Origin: Eledone cirrhosa
Lineage: Eukaryota
DNA length: 64,000 bases
Direction: 5' to 3'
Assembly (NCBI GenBank): GCA_964016885.1
Contig: OZ024741.1
Span: 97,712,001-97,776,000 of the forward strand
Of the stretch, positions 1 to 14,856 are shown piece by piece (position 1 is the stretch's first letter; every line of letters begins with the position of its first letter). The notes beneath the pieces were generated by a model. It was not told the DNA's origin, searched no databases, and saw only the letters and a list, made by a program, of their open reading frames with translations. The position numbers and the translations under genes were made by a program.

Positions 1-2035
1 GATTTGATTTGATACCATCTACATTGAATCAATGTTAAGCAACCTTTACTTTTTGTGAGAACTTTATTTTCAAATATTATGGGAAATCCCCCCCAACAAC
101 CCCCCAAAAAAACCTTTCATCCCCCTGAAATTCCTTAGGGAGAGTTGACAGAAGACAAAATTGTATACTGAAACAAAAATACAAAACAATCAATATTCCT
201 TAATATATTCCAAGCGTTTTAGGAAGACAAAGAATTGGGCTTTTGTCGGAAAAGATGTGAGCAATAGTGAGAATTTTCGCCTGGGAGTAACGGAGCAGAT
301 GAATTTTTCACGAGACTAATGATCACTGGCTCATATGATAATGACACGTGCCAAGTGCTTTAGTAATATCTATTTATGCATATATTTGTATGTGCGATTA
401 GTATGTATACGTGTGTCTGATGTGGTTTTCAAGATAATTGTGGTTTGTGTGTTGTATTGTGAGAAACGAATGACTTGTAATGGCCTTTGTATAGTGCATC
501 TGCTTATTCGTAATATATAGAGAGGTAATATGATATACACGACTTATCAAATATGATGAGTACTTTTCTATGTATATGTGTGTTATACATTTTTTGTGAA
601 AAATTTCAGGGTTATATGGTGCACATTGAATTAAATAGTTTTGCAGCGGATGTTTCTAACACATGGTTCGCATATGAATTGGAGTGTGTCACTTAATAAA
701 AAAAAAAGTATGGAGCGAATTTGTTAATGAGGGTGGAGTGGTGTAAAATGTGATGCTTACGCGTACTGTATGGTTTGGTGTGTAAAAGTCTAAATTCATC
801 TGGATATATGTGATTAACGTTATGTTTTATACATGAGCGAACACTTTGAACCATTAGAATAGCATTGAGTCTTGGAATTTAATTAATTAGGATTATATGA
901 AGATGTTATTTGTCAGACAGCCATTCATAAATGTATATATTTTAATCACTAAAATATCAGAACATACGCTCTGTTCTCGCTTTGTCTCTCTTATAACTCC
1001 CACATCTAACTTTCTTTCTCCCTACCCCAACTTCTTATCTCTTTCTCCTCTCTCATTCTTGTTCTCTTTCTCTCTCATTCTCTCTCGCACTGTCGCTACG
1101 CATTTTTCGATCATTTTCTATTTCCCTCTGCATATCATCCAGTTCGTCATTCATTTGTTACAGACCATGACCCCATCATTTTAGTTATTCAACGTGTTTA
1201 CTTATGTTTACTTGGTCTATATTCTTCAAATATATTTATCACCACCCCATCTCACTTCTCGCATCACTTTAACATCCCACCCAATCCTTAACGCCTTTCT
1301 TTGATGTCTCTACCACAACCCCTCTGTAATTGTCACTTCATCATTCAAGAGCCAGATATCATAAATGCTACGATGTATATTTTAAATTATGCCTCATATT
1401 GTATACTCAATGTAATATTAATTTATTCAAATTACGTTTTTAATTGAAAATAATATAACCGATATGCCACAGTAATGAAATTTAATCGTATGGACTCAAT
1501 GTCACGTGCAACTAAATGATATGTATAGGACTTATGTTGCACCAGAAAAGAAAATCGAGCTTTTGTTAATATCTTCCGTATCTGTATTGATTCACATTAG
1601 TTTAAAGTGCAGTTAGGAAGAATTTATTTTGTAACGATGTGTAAAATTTTATGAACTAATATAGGAATATTTTATGACAAATCCTCCTGGAATTGTATTC
1701 TAACATTATAAAAAAAATGAATTTCATATGGGATAATATATTCCTTAAAATACCGTGTTTCGGGCACGACAGCAGCTTAAACGATTTATTGCCACTGATT
1801 ACCAAGAACAAATAAAAGCAGCAATGTGGTCGCTTAACTGGAACGAAAGAGCACACAGCCCTCCCAGTAATGACATCATAGTGTCTTACAAACGAAAGTG
1901 TATATCAACAACTTTCGTCCTAGATACTCCCAGGTTGTTGAGGACAGAAATTACTTTGCGCTAAATATGCTATACAAACAGAATGTAAATATCAATAGTT
2001 TGTAAAATACCATCAACATCCAAAGAATAAAGAAA

Positions 2036-2248
2036 ATATTGTTTCTAATTTAGGCACAAGGCCAGCAATTTGAAAGGGATGGGAAAGAAGATTGAATAAA
2101 GCCCAGGGCATCACTGGTGCTTTATTTATCGACTCCTTAACGAAGAAAGGCAAAACTAACCTCGGCGGGATTTGAACTCAGAACGTAAAACGACGTAACG
2201 CTATGCTAACAAGCTTGTTGTCCGACGTTCTACCGATTCTGCCAATCC
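2036..2248 (-). mobile_element. tRNA-derived SINE copy (diverged)
   Basis: Reverse strand has B-box GAGTTCAAATCCC, a central domain ending GTCGATAAATAAAG and tail GGCCTTGTGCCTAAATTAGAAAC, matching about 10 other copies in the window. Confidence 0.85.
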
Positions 2249-4726
2249 AAAAATAGATAATGTTATCCATAATCGCCGTAAAAATGCGCAGACAGAAATT
2301 GAAGCGAAGAAGATTCGTGACTTGCCGTTTGAGGCGGTTCTGAGTGAAAATCACACTAAAATAGAATTTGATTTTAATACACTAGTATCTAAATATTGAG
2401 TGATAATATAATACAGCAATTAGTGAATAACCATCAATTAAATGCTAATAAATGTGTTATTTAATGAAAAAGTTCAGCTTAAAAAATTTCATATGTGCCT
2501 CTCACAATCACACACACATGCACATACTCTGTGGTCATCCCCGAGGCTACAGATGTAAAGACATAACAGGCACATTCACCCGAACCACTCTCACCTATAT
2601 TTCAACACAAACTGTTTGGAACCTAGCACTCCCCTCTCCACCATGGTTTTCTTCTTCATGAGAAACCTGAAAACGTTAATTAGGTCTTAGAGTAAGAGGA
2701 CGAGCTTGTTTTCAACCATTTCAAAAGCTTACACATCACGACCACTTCCACCATGGCCACCCGGCATATAAAAGCTGCCTTGCATTTTCGACTGAAGAAA
2801 GGCTGCATGGCGATGTTTCCGATGGACTCATTTAAAAGCCGGATCCACGCTAGACGTAACAGCAGGTGTTTGACATAAACTCACAAATCAGCGATAGTCC
2901 GACACTTGTCTGTTTCACGAAAGGAAAGTTTCGCCGCATTGCGCGAATCTCAGTTGACGGGACTTCCAAGCCTGTAGAGCTTAACTCAAACTACCAAAGC
3001 TCCTCGGTAGCACCTCCTGGAATTTCTTGAAATTGGTCTTTTGCTGTGGACCGATAGAACCCCAAAAGAAGGTGGTTTGTTGATTTTCGTCGACGTGTAT
3101 ATTCTCGCCTAGAACTTCAGCAATTTTACTCGTCAACAAGCTCCTACAAAACACCTAGTGGAGTTACCACCAGAGTACTGTCCAATCGACAGAGTGCTGT
3201 AAGCGCTTGAAGACATTCCAGTCTCCCCCTCCCCTCGGTCTTCGCTTGAGCCATAACTACATCTCTGACAAGGAGACGCACTGTGGAAAAACGCGTATAG
3301 TAAGTGGCAACCCTATCCATTTACCCTCAAGGAAGAGCTAGAGATAATATAACCTCATGTCAAGTTTGCAGATAATCGGACAGAGCATGTCAAGTCCTTC
3401 ACGAAGCGGGGATTGGAAGCAAATGGACCACCTATATTCCACAAAAACGACACTCCGTTGCTCTCAGACATGGATTGGGATGAGGATGACGGTTAGACCT
3501 TAATTGATGACGGAAGCGAGGTATGCATTCACCACCACTGCCAGAACGTACAGAGAAAGCTTACTTTGGGTCCATTTCTGAGTGTGGGTCACTGTTGAAC
3601 AGGTTGGCCATGCCTCTGCAGGTGCCGATCCATTGTCCATTGAGTGTTCCTCGTTAATTTTGGCTCATCTTTTTGCTTCGTATTCTACGAGAGCGCTGCC
3701 GATGAAATCAATGCTTGGGGGAAGTTGTCCGTGTATTCTGACATGGATTTCCTACATCCTAGTTCATACGGGATGCCCCTCAACGCCTACAATTTATGCA
3801 GTCCCAACGTGAGACACTATACAAACACCAGGGACGAGAAAGCACAAAATTGTTGGATGGATGGCATAAAAATGAACCGTTCCAAAAAGAGACGGATCAC
3901 TTAAGCATAGGCCACATGTAGCTGTGTATTGCAGCATTCCAACTACTCAAACGACCCGAAGTTAGCGGCTTTGGTCTCCACCACCAGGTATCAATGCTCG
4001 ATCCTGTCAAAAGTGTTCGCTTCATTTCAGTTTTCAGCGCTTCACCCGTTCCAGGTCCCTTAGTCACCCTCTCTATGAAATATCAGATGAGTCGGAGGTT
4101 GTCGTAGAGGGATCTTTTCGGAATGGCACGTGTCTGTGACTCCTCACTAGATAGTGGATGATAAGCGGCAACCATGTGTCTAACACGTTGACCAACATTT
4201 TAATCTTTATATTTCTCACAGTTATGGCTCAACATTTATCAAATTACTCACACTTGTTTGAATCCTTTATTACCATACTCACAGCTCCTCGGCTCACAGA
4301 TGAGAAAAATAAGTGTACACTCGTAGGGAAGACGATCAAAACCAGGTGATGTAACTCTCGTGCAGTCAGTCATAGTCTTCTGTATACCAGAGGTTTTGTC
4401 TCACCATTCTAAGGGAAATATAGAATGAAAATGGTAAATAAATCAATATACCTGTGAATATCTAGAGCTAAGTTCTACTCTGGTGAGTACCTGTGCCTCA
4501 TGTGGTTTAATCATAATCGATAGTTTGACTTTTATGATCGATTACATGGATCAATATTTAGCCAAACATTCCAGGTATCAAATAGTACTATAAGGTTTCA
4601 CTTATGATTCCACCTTTGTACATATTCTTCTATAGAATATGTATTTGAAATAAATACAATATACCCTGTCACTTCAAATATATATAAACATATATCTTTT
4701 GATTTTATTTTTAATATATATACATA

Positions 4727-5700
4727 TATAAATCAGTATATATAGAGAAATACACATAGAGATGTGTGTTTAGTTATAGGAGATAGTAAACTACCAAAGT
4801 GTTGAACATATTGTCTACGAAAGGAAAGTATAATACAGATCAATTAAAAGAATAAATTAAAGTATACTAATCATCCAATAATAACTATTACACCTGGACA
4901 TGCTCAAATTAGAGTGTGTTTCACCATAAAAAGTGAACATTCCATTTTGCAGAGGGCTTGTCAACAAGTGGACTACAATATGGTTCAGACTTCTAAAAGT
5001 ATATCTGATGGGTAAAATAACGCACATGGTGTAAACGCGTGTTATATACCGTAGACGATGTTTAACACTATGGAAGTTTTCTATCCCTTATAATTAAAAA
5101 CATACATCTATATGTACTTCTCTCTACATACTGATTTAAAAGAGCACGGGATCTATACTTTGAGCTCATTAAATTATAGGGGATTAACGTGAGTCTTTAA
5201 CTCCATTTTTTAATTCGATATATTGGCTCCCAATTCATTTCTATATGTAAGTAGGGCTTCTTAAGTTGAATGGTTCTGATCTACTGTTTCTAGCGGCCTT
5301 TTGGTCCATTAACACCACCAAGGGCGATATAACGCGCGCGTTTTCTCCTCTGTACACCATGTGCGTTATTTTAGTTATGTGATATATTTTTAGAAGTGTA
5401 GTCTATTGTAGTCCTCCTGTTTACAAACCCTCTGCCATATGGAATCTTCACTTTTTATAGAGAAACGTACTCTAATTTGAGCATGTCCAGGTGTAATAGT
5501 TATTATTGGATTGTTAGAACACTTAAAATTAGACAATATGTTCATCACTTTGGTCGTTTTCCATCCCCTATAATTAAACACATACCTCTGTGTGAAATTC
5601 TCTTTATATACTGATTTATAAAAAGCCCGGAATCAATTCCTTGAGCTCAATAAATTATACGGGATTAACGTGAATCCTTAACTCCGTTTTTAATTTTATA
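4727..5700. repeat. Old composite element: inverted arm plus ~480-bp tandem unit
   Basis: 4727-5037 is the reverse complement of ~5352-5620. ~5075-5225 is directly repeated at ~5555-5697. Identity is roughly 80% by eye and the borders are TA-rich. Confidence 0.75.
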
Positions 5701-6499
5701 TATATATATAGGGGGGGGGGGGCATACTTGTCTCTATATATACATATATAGTATATAGACAAGTATGGCCATATATATGTATACATCCGAACATATACAT
5801 GTGTATTTGAGTAGTCCTGTATTTGCATATGTAATTTTTTTTTGGCAATATACATAGGGAGTATATCTTTGTTGTCTTTTAATGTAAATACTGAATGAAA
5901 ATTATACTTTTATGAAGTACATGTCTCTTAAAACGTTTTTGTTGTCCACTAAAATCTATATTCGTCTTATCGACGCAACAAACACCACGATTTACACATA
6001 AACACACATAAACTCAGAAGTTCGAATATAATAGATATGTGTCTGCAAATGCTTTCGACATATTCACGAAGTAAACATTCTTTTAAAACAAGGATTATTA
6101 TTAAAATAGTATGTATGTCTAAGATTAGAGAGAAGCATGGATATTGATATTTCAAGTGTTTTGCAATGATAATATAATGGGCGCGTAAATATCAGAATCA
6201 TTTTCCGATATCAGATAGTACTATTATTTACATGATGTTGAGTTTCTGAGAGCCTCTTATGTATGTATCAATTGAAAGAAATCGTAACAGCAATAAACTA
6301 AGAATATCTACACCTGCATTCAACATGATTCACTTAAAGTAGAAGCAAATGAAATTTCATTTATATACATAACAACTTGAAGAGAATCTGTTAAATTTAC
6401 CCAAATTATGCATCTAGCTTTTAGTCGACACAAGGGTGTTTTGTCTATACGCACTTTCTACTACATATATTTATGTATATACGGATGTGTATGTGCGTT

Positions 6500-6510
6500 T
6501 GGATATATAT

Positions 6511-6589
<79 letters not shown>

Positions 6590-6871
6590 AATATATATAT
6601 ATATATACACGCACACACACACGCACACACACACACACATACACATATATATATATATATATGTGTGTGTGTTTATATATATATATATGTATGCATATAT
6701 AAACCGTACTTAAGCAAATTATGTACTATATGCGTCATAGATAAATCATACATTATGATAGTAATAGCTACCAACATGAACATACCCCAAATAAACAAAC
6801 ATATAAAAGATGAACAAGAAATGCATTACCTACACATCTATTATTACTTCCATATCTCTCCCTATTCTCAG

Positions 6872-6916
<45 letters not shown>

Positions 6917-7030
6917 ATGTGTTTGCGTGTGTGTGTGTTTGTGTGTGTTTGTGTGTGTGTGTGTTTGTGTGTGTTTGTGTGTGTATGTGTGTTTGTGTAT
7001 GTGCACGTGTGGGTAAATATGTGTATGGTT
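6500..7030. repeat. Compound (TA)n/(CA)n/(TG)n microsatellite, representative of many such tracts
   Basis: Directly visible; tracts like this account for the [12 protein letters not shown] ORFs in the ORF track. Confidence 0.97.
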
Positions 7031-8358
7031 ATGTGTAGTTTCGCATACTTATTCAAATACATCTTACATTTAATATTTCCGGAATGTCCAAATGTTTGCT
7101 AGTTATATATATATGCTTGAATGCGATTGCGCTTTTAGTCATTTTAAAATAATTATATTGTGAAAGTAGGAAATAAATATATCATAGATAATTTCAGAAA
7201 CCTAATAAATGTCAGTAAATTATTTCAAGTGGGAAAGTTTGCATATATATGCATGACTTCACACTATATCGGTTTCACTAACAACGTTTAGAGTACTGAA
7301 AAAAAATTGATGATCACGATATTGATAATACGTGTGATTGTGGTGAAGATGTCTACCAACACTTACTTAGTAACCAAAGAGGAAGGTGAGGTGAGATATG
7401 GAAAGATAGAATAACGAGGATCGACACAAAAAATATATTCTGTAGCAGATAAATGTGCAGAAAAGTAGGAATATGTTGAAAATGAAAGTATTATTAATGA
7501 TGATAATGAAAACAAAATAACGATACAATAACTAAATAGCAGATGTAAGAGAGAAATAAATGAAATAATTAAAAAGAAAATAAGAACTTTCAGAACGAGA
7601 AGAAAAGGAAGGTGGAAAGCGAAATAAAAAAATAAAAAAATGACGGCAAAGACGAAATTGAAATATTGTAAATATAATTCAATAATCTATTCTCCAATTA
7701 CAATGTATTTCATCGGCACCTAGTTTTCAGGAACCTCAAACTATTATATATGCAGGAAACTAGCAGTAGCATATATGAGAATGTCTTTCAAGAAAAATCA
7801 TTTGCTAAAATATAATATACAATTATATTTAGTGTTTTAGTATATTATCATTTATTTTAGAGTGGTGAACAGGTGAAGGAATGTGTGTTAATTACTTTAT
7901 CATACGTCAAATCAGGGATGTTATTTATGTAGGAGATTGTAAAACATGTGTATCACATCAATTTAACAGCCAATATATTTAATGTAAAAAAATGTGTGGA
8001 AAGTTTGTATTGGATTGACGGAAATTACACTTTTCAAAGAAAATGTAGGTCTCTGTATATTTATGTCTGTACAATCTGATTTTTAATTATTGCCTATTAA
8101 CTTTGATTTCACATTCATCGAAAATTTTACCCCAGTTAAATTCTAAACGTGAATTAAATGACTATTCCATATATCAGCCATTTTCTAACTTGCGTCTATA
8201 TTATCAATCTAAATTTAGTTATTATCAAAGACTGATGTTGGTATTCACCTTAGCATACAACCACTGGGGGTTTTTAAATTAGTTATCAGTGATAAGTTGA
8301 GAAGAGCGATGCATTTACATTCATTCTTCTCCTACAAATATATGATAAATTAGGAGTA

Positions 8359-8395
<37 letters not shown>

Positions 8396-8689
8396 TAGCA
8401 ATTCTCCATTTCCCCATATACTGGATCATCTGAAATTGAGGTATATCAATCCATGAAGGCAGATACATATAGTTAAAAAAAGCTACAAGCAGATATTGCC
8501 TTTAAAATAGAAAGAAATAACGGTAACACATGAACATATTAATTTGAGCTACAGCTATGTTTATACAAAGAAAATAAAAGATAGCTAATTCCATCATTTA
8601 GCGAAGCGGGTAGAACAAATTCAGCATATTTGTTAAGGCTTATTTGCATTTGAAATTATCTACGACTTATTTACTTCCTATTTTCTCAA

Positions 8690-10700
8690 TATAATTGGAT
8701 GTTCGATATCAACAAACATGTCAGCAATGCCCCAACAGTGAACGAATTCGTGTATCTGGTTCATATCACTCTGTGTTCTCGCACATGCACAGTTGACAGC
8801 ACATCCATGCCTGTAGAGTTTAACTCGAACTTGCAATGCTCTACCTTAGCACTGCTAGGTCTGCTAGCGATATCAAGTGTCTCCGAGTATATCGTCAATT
8901 TTCCCTGCAACTAATCGTCTATAGAAGGCCAAGGTGGAGTTTCCCCCACCACAGTGCTCGACTGACTGATAGGTTTGAGCGCTTGAAAACAGATCAGTTT
9001 TCAAGCGCTACCCATCTGCCTTTGCTTGACCCAGGACTGCAGCTCCATCGAAGAGACAAGCTGGAGAAACACATGTCTAAAGAATGGAGACCGTACATGT
9101 TTAGCCTAAAGGAAATGCTGCAAACGTCGTAGCCTCAGTGTATGTTTGAGCATCATCAGCCAGAGCATGCCCAGTCATCCACACAGCGGATGTTGCCAGC
9201 AGATAGATCGTCTAACATTAGAACACGTCCTTTCCACAAATCAGGAAGAGTAGATGTTCCAGTGCAACAAGTTTGGCTCCTGGGAAAGGCACAACTGTCG
9301 GGGCTATAGTAGATAACGAACAAAATGTACGTGTTCGACATCTCTGCCAGACCTTACAGGTATAGATTCATTTCGGCTAATTACTAGTAACGGTGACCAC
9401 ATTGCTTGTTACATATTCCCAGTCTATCAATATCTGAAGATCAAGGCCAAAGTAGAAGCAACACAATTTAATCAGCCTTATTTCCAACGTCCTAAAACGC
9501 TGTTGGGCAGCATGAATTTGACACTGCAGGTGACGTACTGCAGGTCAACCGACCTTCTCTGGTTTGTTTTCGGTCTTGTTACGGTCCCATTATCCTTCAC
9601 GGCAGTGCCGATCACTTCTATGAGTTTGGTGATTGACAGCATAAAGGTGATATTTTTGACATACGCTGACATTGATCTCCCGCACCCTAGTTTTCATGGG
9701 ATACCCCTCATCATCTCTAGCTTGTGTAGTAGTGGCTCGAGAATCAACAAGTGCAACAGGGACGAGAGGAGGCAATCTTTGCGCATAATATTGAATCATT
9801 TCGAGAGGGGACCGTTCATTCTACCATTGAACAGCTGTCGATGTGCATTGCAGCAATCCATTTCTTGAAACAGGCCCGATGACGGCTGCCCTAATGACAG
9901 CTGCTAGATACCGATGTTCGATCCGATCGAATTATTTTGATTAATCTAAGTTGATCAGGCCAACTTCCATGTCAAGTTTATTTGCCACACATTCTATGAT
10001 GCATCACATAAGATGGAAGTAGTTGATTATTTTAAATTGTGGAAGACCTATGCTAACTTTATCAACTTCCCAAGAGAACACCTTAACAAGATTCGATCTG
10101 GATGAACTGATGAGGTTTAACCAGGTTCAGACTGGCACATTCTGACCATCCAATTCATACCTTTCACAAAGCTATAGTTTTTTTAGGAGGTATATAGGCT
10201 TTTGTACGCCCCTCCTCCGTCTGCTTAACCAACATATTTCCAGCCAGAATCTAACAGCCAGTTCATGTCGCCAATTATCACTAAAGAGAGGGACGATCTA
10301 AGAAAAGCTTCTGGATGCCTGAAGATATCAGGTCCTCCCTCTCGTGGAGGGACAAGGACAGCAACTAGCCTGAAAGCATATCCTTCGCTTCTGGTCTCGT
10401 CGAGTACTACCTTCTCGATCCAGGAGGATTATCCGTATCACAACATCTAGACCCTTCCATAAAAAACGATGATTTCACCTCTAGTTCTCGAACGACTTGT
10501 AGATGCGTACAAATAATAGCCTCTGAAGATGGCTGCGAAATCTCATGGCTCGAAATTTCTCGTCTGGTAGATGGCCTCTAAAACTATGTTCAGTAACCTG
10601 GAGTTATTGAGGAGATGTAGTTGATTCCAAGGTAGTCCACGGCAAGTGCATTTCAATGAGTATTTTGAGCAATGCCCTGCTATTAGGAAAATGCAGATTT
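8690..10700 (-). mobile_element. Heavily decayed Tx1/L1-clade LINE ORF2 remnant
   Basis: Minus-strand fragments resemble the RT motifs CPLSPLL..LEPLL (CLLSSLL..ILEPLLHKLE) and YADD (SAYVKNIT). ~9020-9060 encodes ELQSWVKQR, as in the younger copy at ~16690. Confidence 0.7.
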
Positions 10701-12749
10701 CCCTTTGGAATTTACATTTAGGAGTGTATATGTGTTTTGTATCGTATGGATGATTTGAACGTGTTTAGGTTTTGAGATTGTAGGTACTGAGAAATCTGCA
10801 TTTGTGAAGGTTGTGTGTGGTTTTATGTATTTCATTCGATCTGTGTTTATGGCCATATAGATTTAAATGTTCGATTCTATGTGTTGCATTTGCTTTTGTT
10901 GTTGTAACTATTTTTGTTAAGATAAGGGATTGGTTTTTACTTGTGCTGATGGTAGTTATGCTGGATTTTGGTGTAGTAGTGTTTATATCCCAAACTCCAG
11001 CATAGCCACCGTTGTTTGTGATGTTTTTTGTCTAGTTGCCTTTATCTTTCCTCTTCACTTTCTTTCTTTGGACGAAGTTTAATTACTATTTTCTAAGTTT
11101 TATTGTGTTGATCTTTTCCTTCTTTTGTCACCGTTTCTCACTCCTGGTCAGACGAACCAGAGGTCTTGACTGACCGCATGGAATCGTTTAGTGGCATGTC
11201 CTACATCCATGGAAAATGGTGACTGGAAGATTCGGCTGTTGTTCTGGTGTTGCTGTGGCTGTTGTTTGTAGTTTTGTCGTTTTGGTTCGTCTTGTTGCTC
11301 GTCCTAATGGTGAAGATTGTTTTGTTGTCTGTGCCTTGGTGGCCGTAACTAGTAGGTTTGTTTTTATTTGAGGAGAAGAGGGTGTTTCTTCTCCTCCTTC
11401 ACTGGTGTGCAGAAAGCTTTTAGGTGTGTTGCAGATGAACAGATGTTGCACATTACGTTCCTTCGCCCAACTCTTAATGGCAGGTGGCAGGTTGTTGCCG
11501 ACTGGACGATGTATCTGCTCAAGGGTGGCATCAACATAATTTTGACTAATTTGGATGAGGTGTTCTATCCCCATTCGCGACCAGCGTGTGTGCGGGTGTG
11601 GATGTGTGTGTGTGCATGCGTACATGTGCGTGTGTGCGTGTGTCTGCTAGCATTAAACCGACAGTCCACATAAATGTGTGTGTATAGTTGCGGTGCGTAA
11701 CTAATACAAACGTGCAACAACATCTCTTGTGTTGCAGTTTATTTATTTATTTCATACCAAAATACGATTCTTATATTTGATGTCGGTGTGAGTACATTAC
11801 ATGCTGTGTTTGTGTGTGAATGTGTTGGTTTATATGTGTTTGTCTATATGTGTGATACGCGCTTTTCGTCTTGCAATAATGAATTGGTTAAGTGCGTAAC
11901 ATGAGATTCAACGCAGTACGATTGAACTCAGAACCACCTAACGGGTGCCGGATTACGTAAATCAAATGTTCTTTCCCAATTTCGATTTTCGAATACATCT
12001 GACATTATGTTTATATTTGTTAAATGTCGAATAGAGATACCCAATGTTTAGGTGTGGAGTGAATCAATACACATTAGCGATAAAAGTGGATTGATATAGC
12101 CGTTTTGTATTTATTGGATAACATTTCAGCGAGTTTGACTTAATAGTGCCAGTATGAAATGTTAACAGGATATAAGTCAGTCTGTAAGCGTTCATTGAAT
12201 AGACACAAACTACAGATATTGTTTGGTTTTATATAACCTATAGATACTTAATGGGCAGATGCAACATCTATAATTTGATTGCATAATTGCAGTATATATT
12301 TTGTCTGAATAGCAAGAATACATATATATTTAGGCTGTATTGATGCTTATAGGTATTGAATGAATACACATCGAATAGATAGTGTTTGAATAAATACTAA
12401 GCAGATATTAGCTGAATAGAAGAACACTGCGGATATTATCCGATATATGTGTGTGTGTGTGTGTGAATAACGCAAATATTTTGACTATCATCTTAAATCA
12501 ATTTTGTTAGTATTAATTATTAATTATCTTTCGGCTGCCTGAGTTCAAATTCTGATGTCGACGCAATTGAAGCTCATCCATCCGTGTTTAATAAAAAAAT
12601 AAGTCATATACTGGATATCCTCTATCCGTCGTATTTGACCCTCTAGCCCCAAATGATATCAATATTAGTGTAGGAGGTACAAAAGTGATTATATTGGTAA
12701 ATGGACTACATTTTTGTATCAGTTTCATCGATTCTAGTAAAGAAAGAAA

Positions 12750-13217
12750 TTGTATTCATGCATCAGCTAGATATCCACGGTATGATACAAACCAATGAGA
12801 AAACTTCAACATAGTCATTCAGCCTACTAGTAATATATACAACATTTTGTTCAAATCATTTTCTTTCGTCTTAGAAACTTTCACAATGCATAATTTGGTC
12901 CTGACTTCAGTAAATATCGAAAAATCACGGTCTCTTTTACTGTTTCAGTGACTTTCATTGTAAGTATTCAGGTTTAGGCTGATCTAGGCTAATCATCAAC
13001 ATGATTTCATAATTATTTCATCCAATTTACTAGTGATCCTAAAATCCGTATTCTTTGAACGAGTAAAACATCCGAAACCCCGACCTAGCCGCAGTTTAGG
13101 ATTCGAGATTTGCTAAAAAAAAAAAACGATAACTGCATCTAATGCAGTAGTTCCCGAATCCTGTACCACAGGAACCTACTTTTCGGTTAGATATAGCTAG
13201 GTGCATCACGAATATAA
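12750..13217. mobile_element. Possible decayed MITE
   Basis: Imperfect terminal inverted repeats TGTATTCATGCATCAGCTAGATATC / GATATAGCTAGGTGCATCACGAATATA with a non-coding interior. Confidence 0.35.
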
Positions 13218-14418
13218 AAAAAATTGTATTTTTATTATGGTGAACATACTAATTCCAGTTTATTAAACACCATGCTTTGTCTATTCAATGAAGACATACT
13301 TGATTGTATGTAGTTCCTATTACGTATACTTATAGCCTAATATTTTAAAACAGCTTGTTTTAAATATTGTCATGTAATGCCCGAATTGAATCCAAATAGT
13401 TTAGTTCATCACGAAGTATTGTATTGATATATTGATATATTTTAGAGAGTAATATAAAATAAATTAACCTGAAAAAGCACTCCTATGATTATACGCCTTC
13501 GAATCGTAATCATTTCGTCTTTTTCGGGGAATATATCTTCCATGTTTTTTTTTTTTGTTTTTTTTTTTATTGATAAAACAAGTTGTTGCAGAGTTAAACT
13601 AGAACGATGCAACTTTCCACTTAACATTGGTAAAAAAAACAAACATAGTATGCTGGTCACACGAGCCCTATAGACATCGACTAAACAATTAAAATATTTC
13701 AGGAACATATGTTTCATGAAGGGCGGTAGAATGTGTTAAAGATGATCGTGGTATGCTTTTCTTGGGTAAATCCAGCTTCCCAAACGATATATGATAAATG
13801 TGTATTATTCTGCAAACTTTTCTGACTACAATGTCTTTAACAATTGGTTAAACTCAGTTGTGGAAGATTTAACAACGGTAACAAAACTCTTGATCACTCC
13901 TGGTAATCAACGCTTTTAACGAGGCGTAGTTCTTTTTGCATGAAATATATTGGTTTTATTAATTTTGTTTTGTATTTTCCGGTGTATACAATCAATAGTT
14001 TAATTGTATTTTATATTACTTTTATTTCCTCCACAATCTACTTTCATTTGTTAGACAGGGTATATTTGACTGTGCATTAAACTAGGTTAAAATGTTACGA
14101 ACAATTCTTCAGGGTCACATGATAATGTTGTTTGCAACTATATTAAATTTGTATTGAAAAATGTTATGCGTTATATCCGTATAGAATATTTGACACATAT
14201 ATCAAAATGAGGTCAGACAGAAACACTTGTCGATTTTAATATTTCAAAACATAAATGAAATTACTAAAGTGGATATGATTTGTCCGTGCTTCCATGTCAT
14301 TCATTTTTTTTCCAGAATATTCTATAAAACAAATAATAAGAAAAGGAAAAACAGAAAAAATCTAAATACTTTTAATAATGATGGGCTGGCGTGTCATTTT
14401 GAATACTATTAAAATAAT

Positions 14419-14606
14419 TGTTTCTACTTTTTGGCACAAGGCCAGCAATTCACCAGTGCATTACTGGTACTTTATTTTATCGACCCCATCAGGATGAGAG
14501 GCAAACTTAACCTCGACGGGATTTGAACTCAGAATGGCAAGAGCCGTAACTCTATGCGTCAAAGCTTGGCGTCCGACCCTCTACCGATACTGCCAACCCA
14601 CCGCCC
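14419..14606 (-). mobile_element. tRNA-derived SINE with target-site duplication
   Basis: Full family sequence. 19-bp TSD TGAAT(A/G)CTATTAAAATAAT at 14400-14418 and 14607-14625. Confidence 0.92.
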
Positions 14607-14794
14607 TGAATGCTATTAAAATAATGATAATAAATTAAAGAATGACAAAATATTGAAAATATGGTAATGCACAAGTAAAGAAAATTAACCGAACAATATA
14701 AGAATGTGTAACTTAATGTAGTATCAATAAATGGAAATCATTACAATGCTGCTGGTAAAATATAGATATAATGAACAATAAAGTTTATGAACAT

Positions 14795-14846
<52 letters not shown>

Positions 14847-14856
14847 TAGATGGATA

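Noticed and set aside
6408-7102. Long ORFs rich in YI/CV/HT repeats (also ~18150, 26056, 36586, 43083, 55394 and others)
   Set aside because: Translations of dinucleotide microsatellites, not genes.
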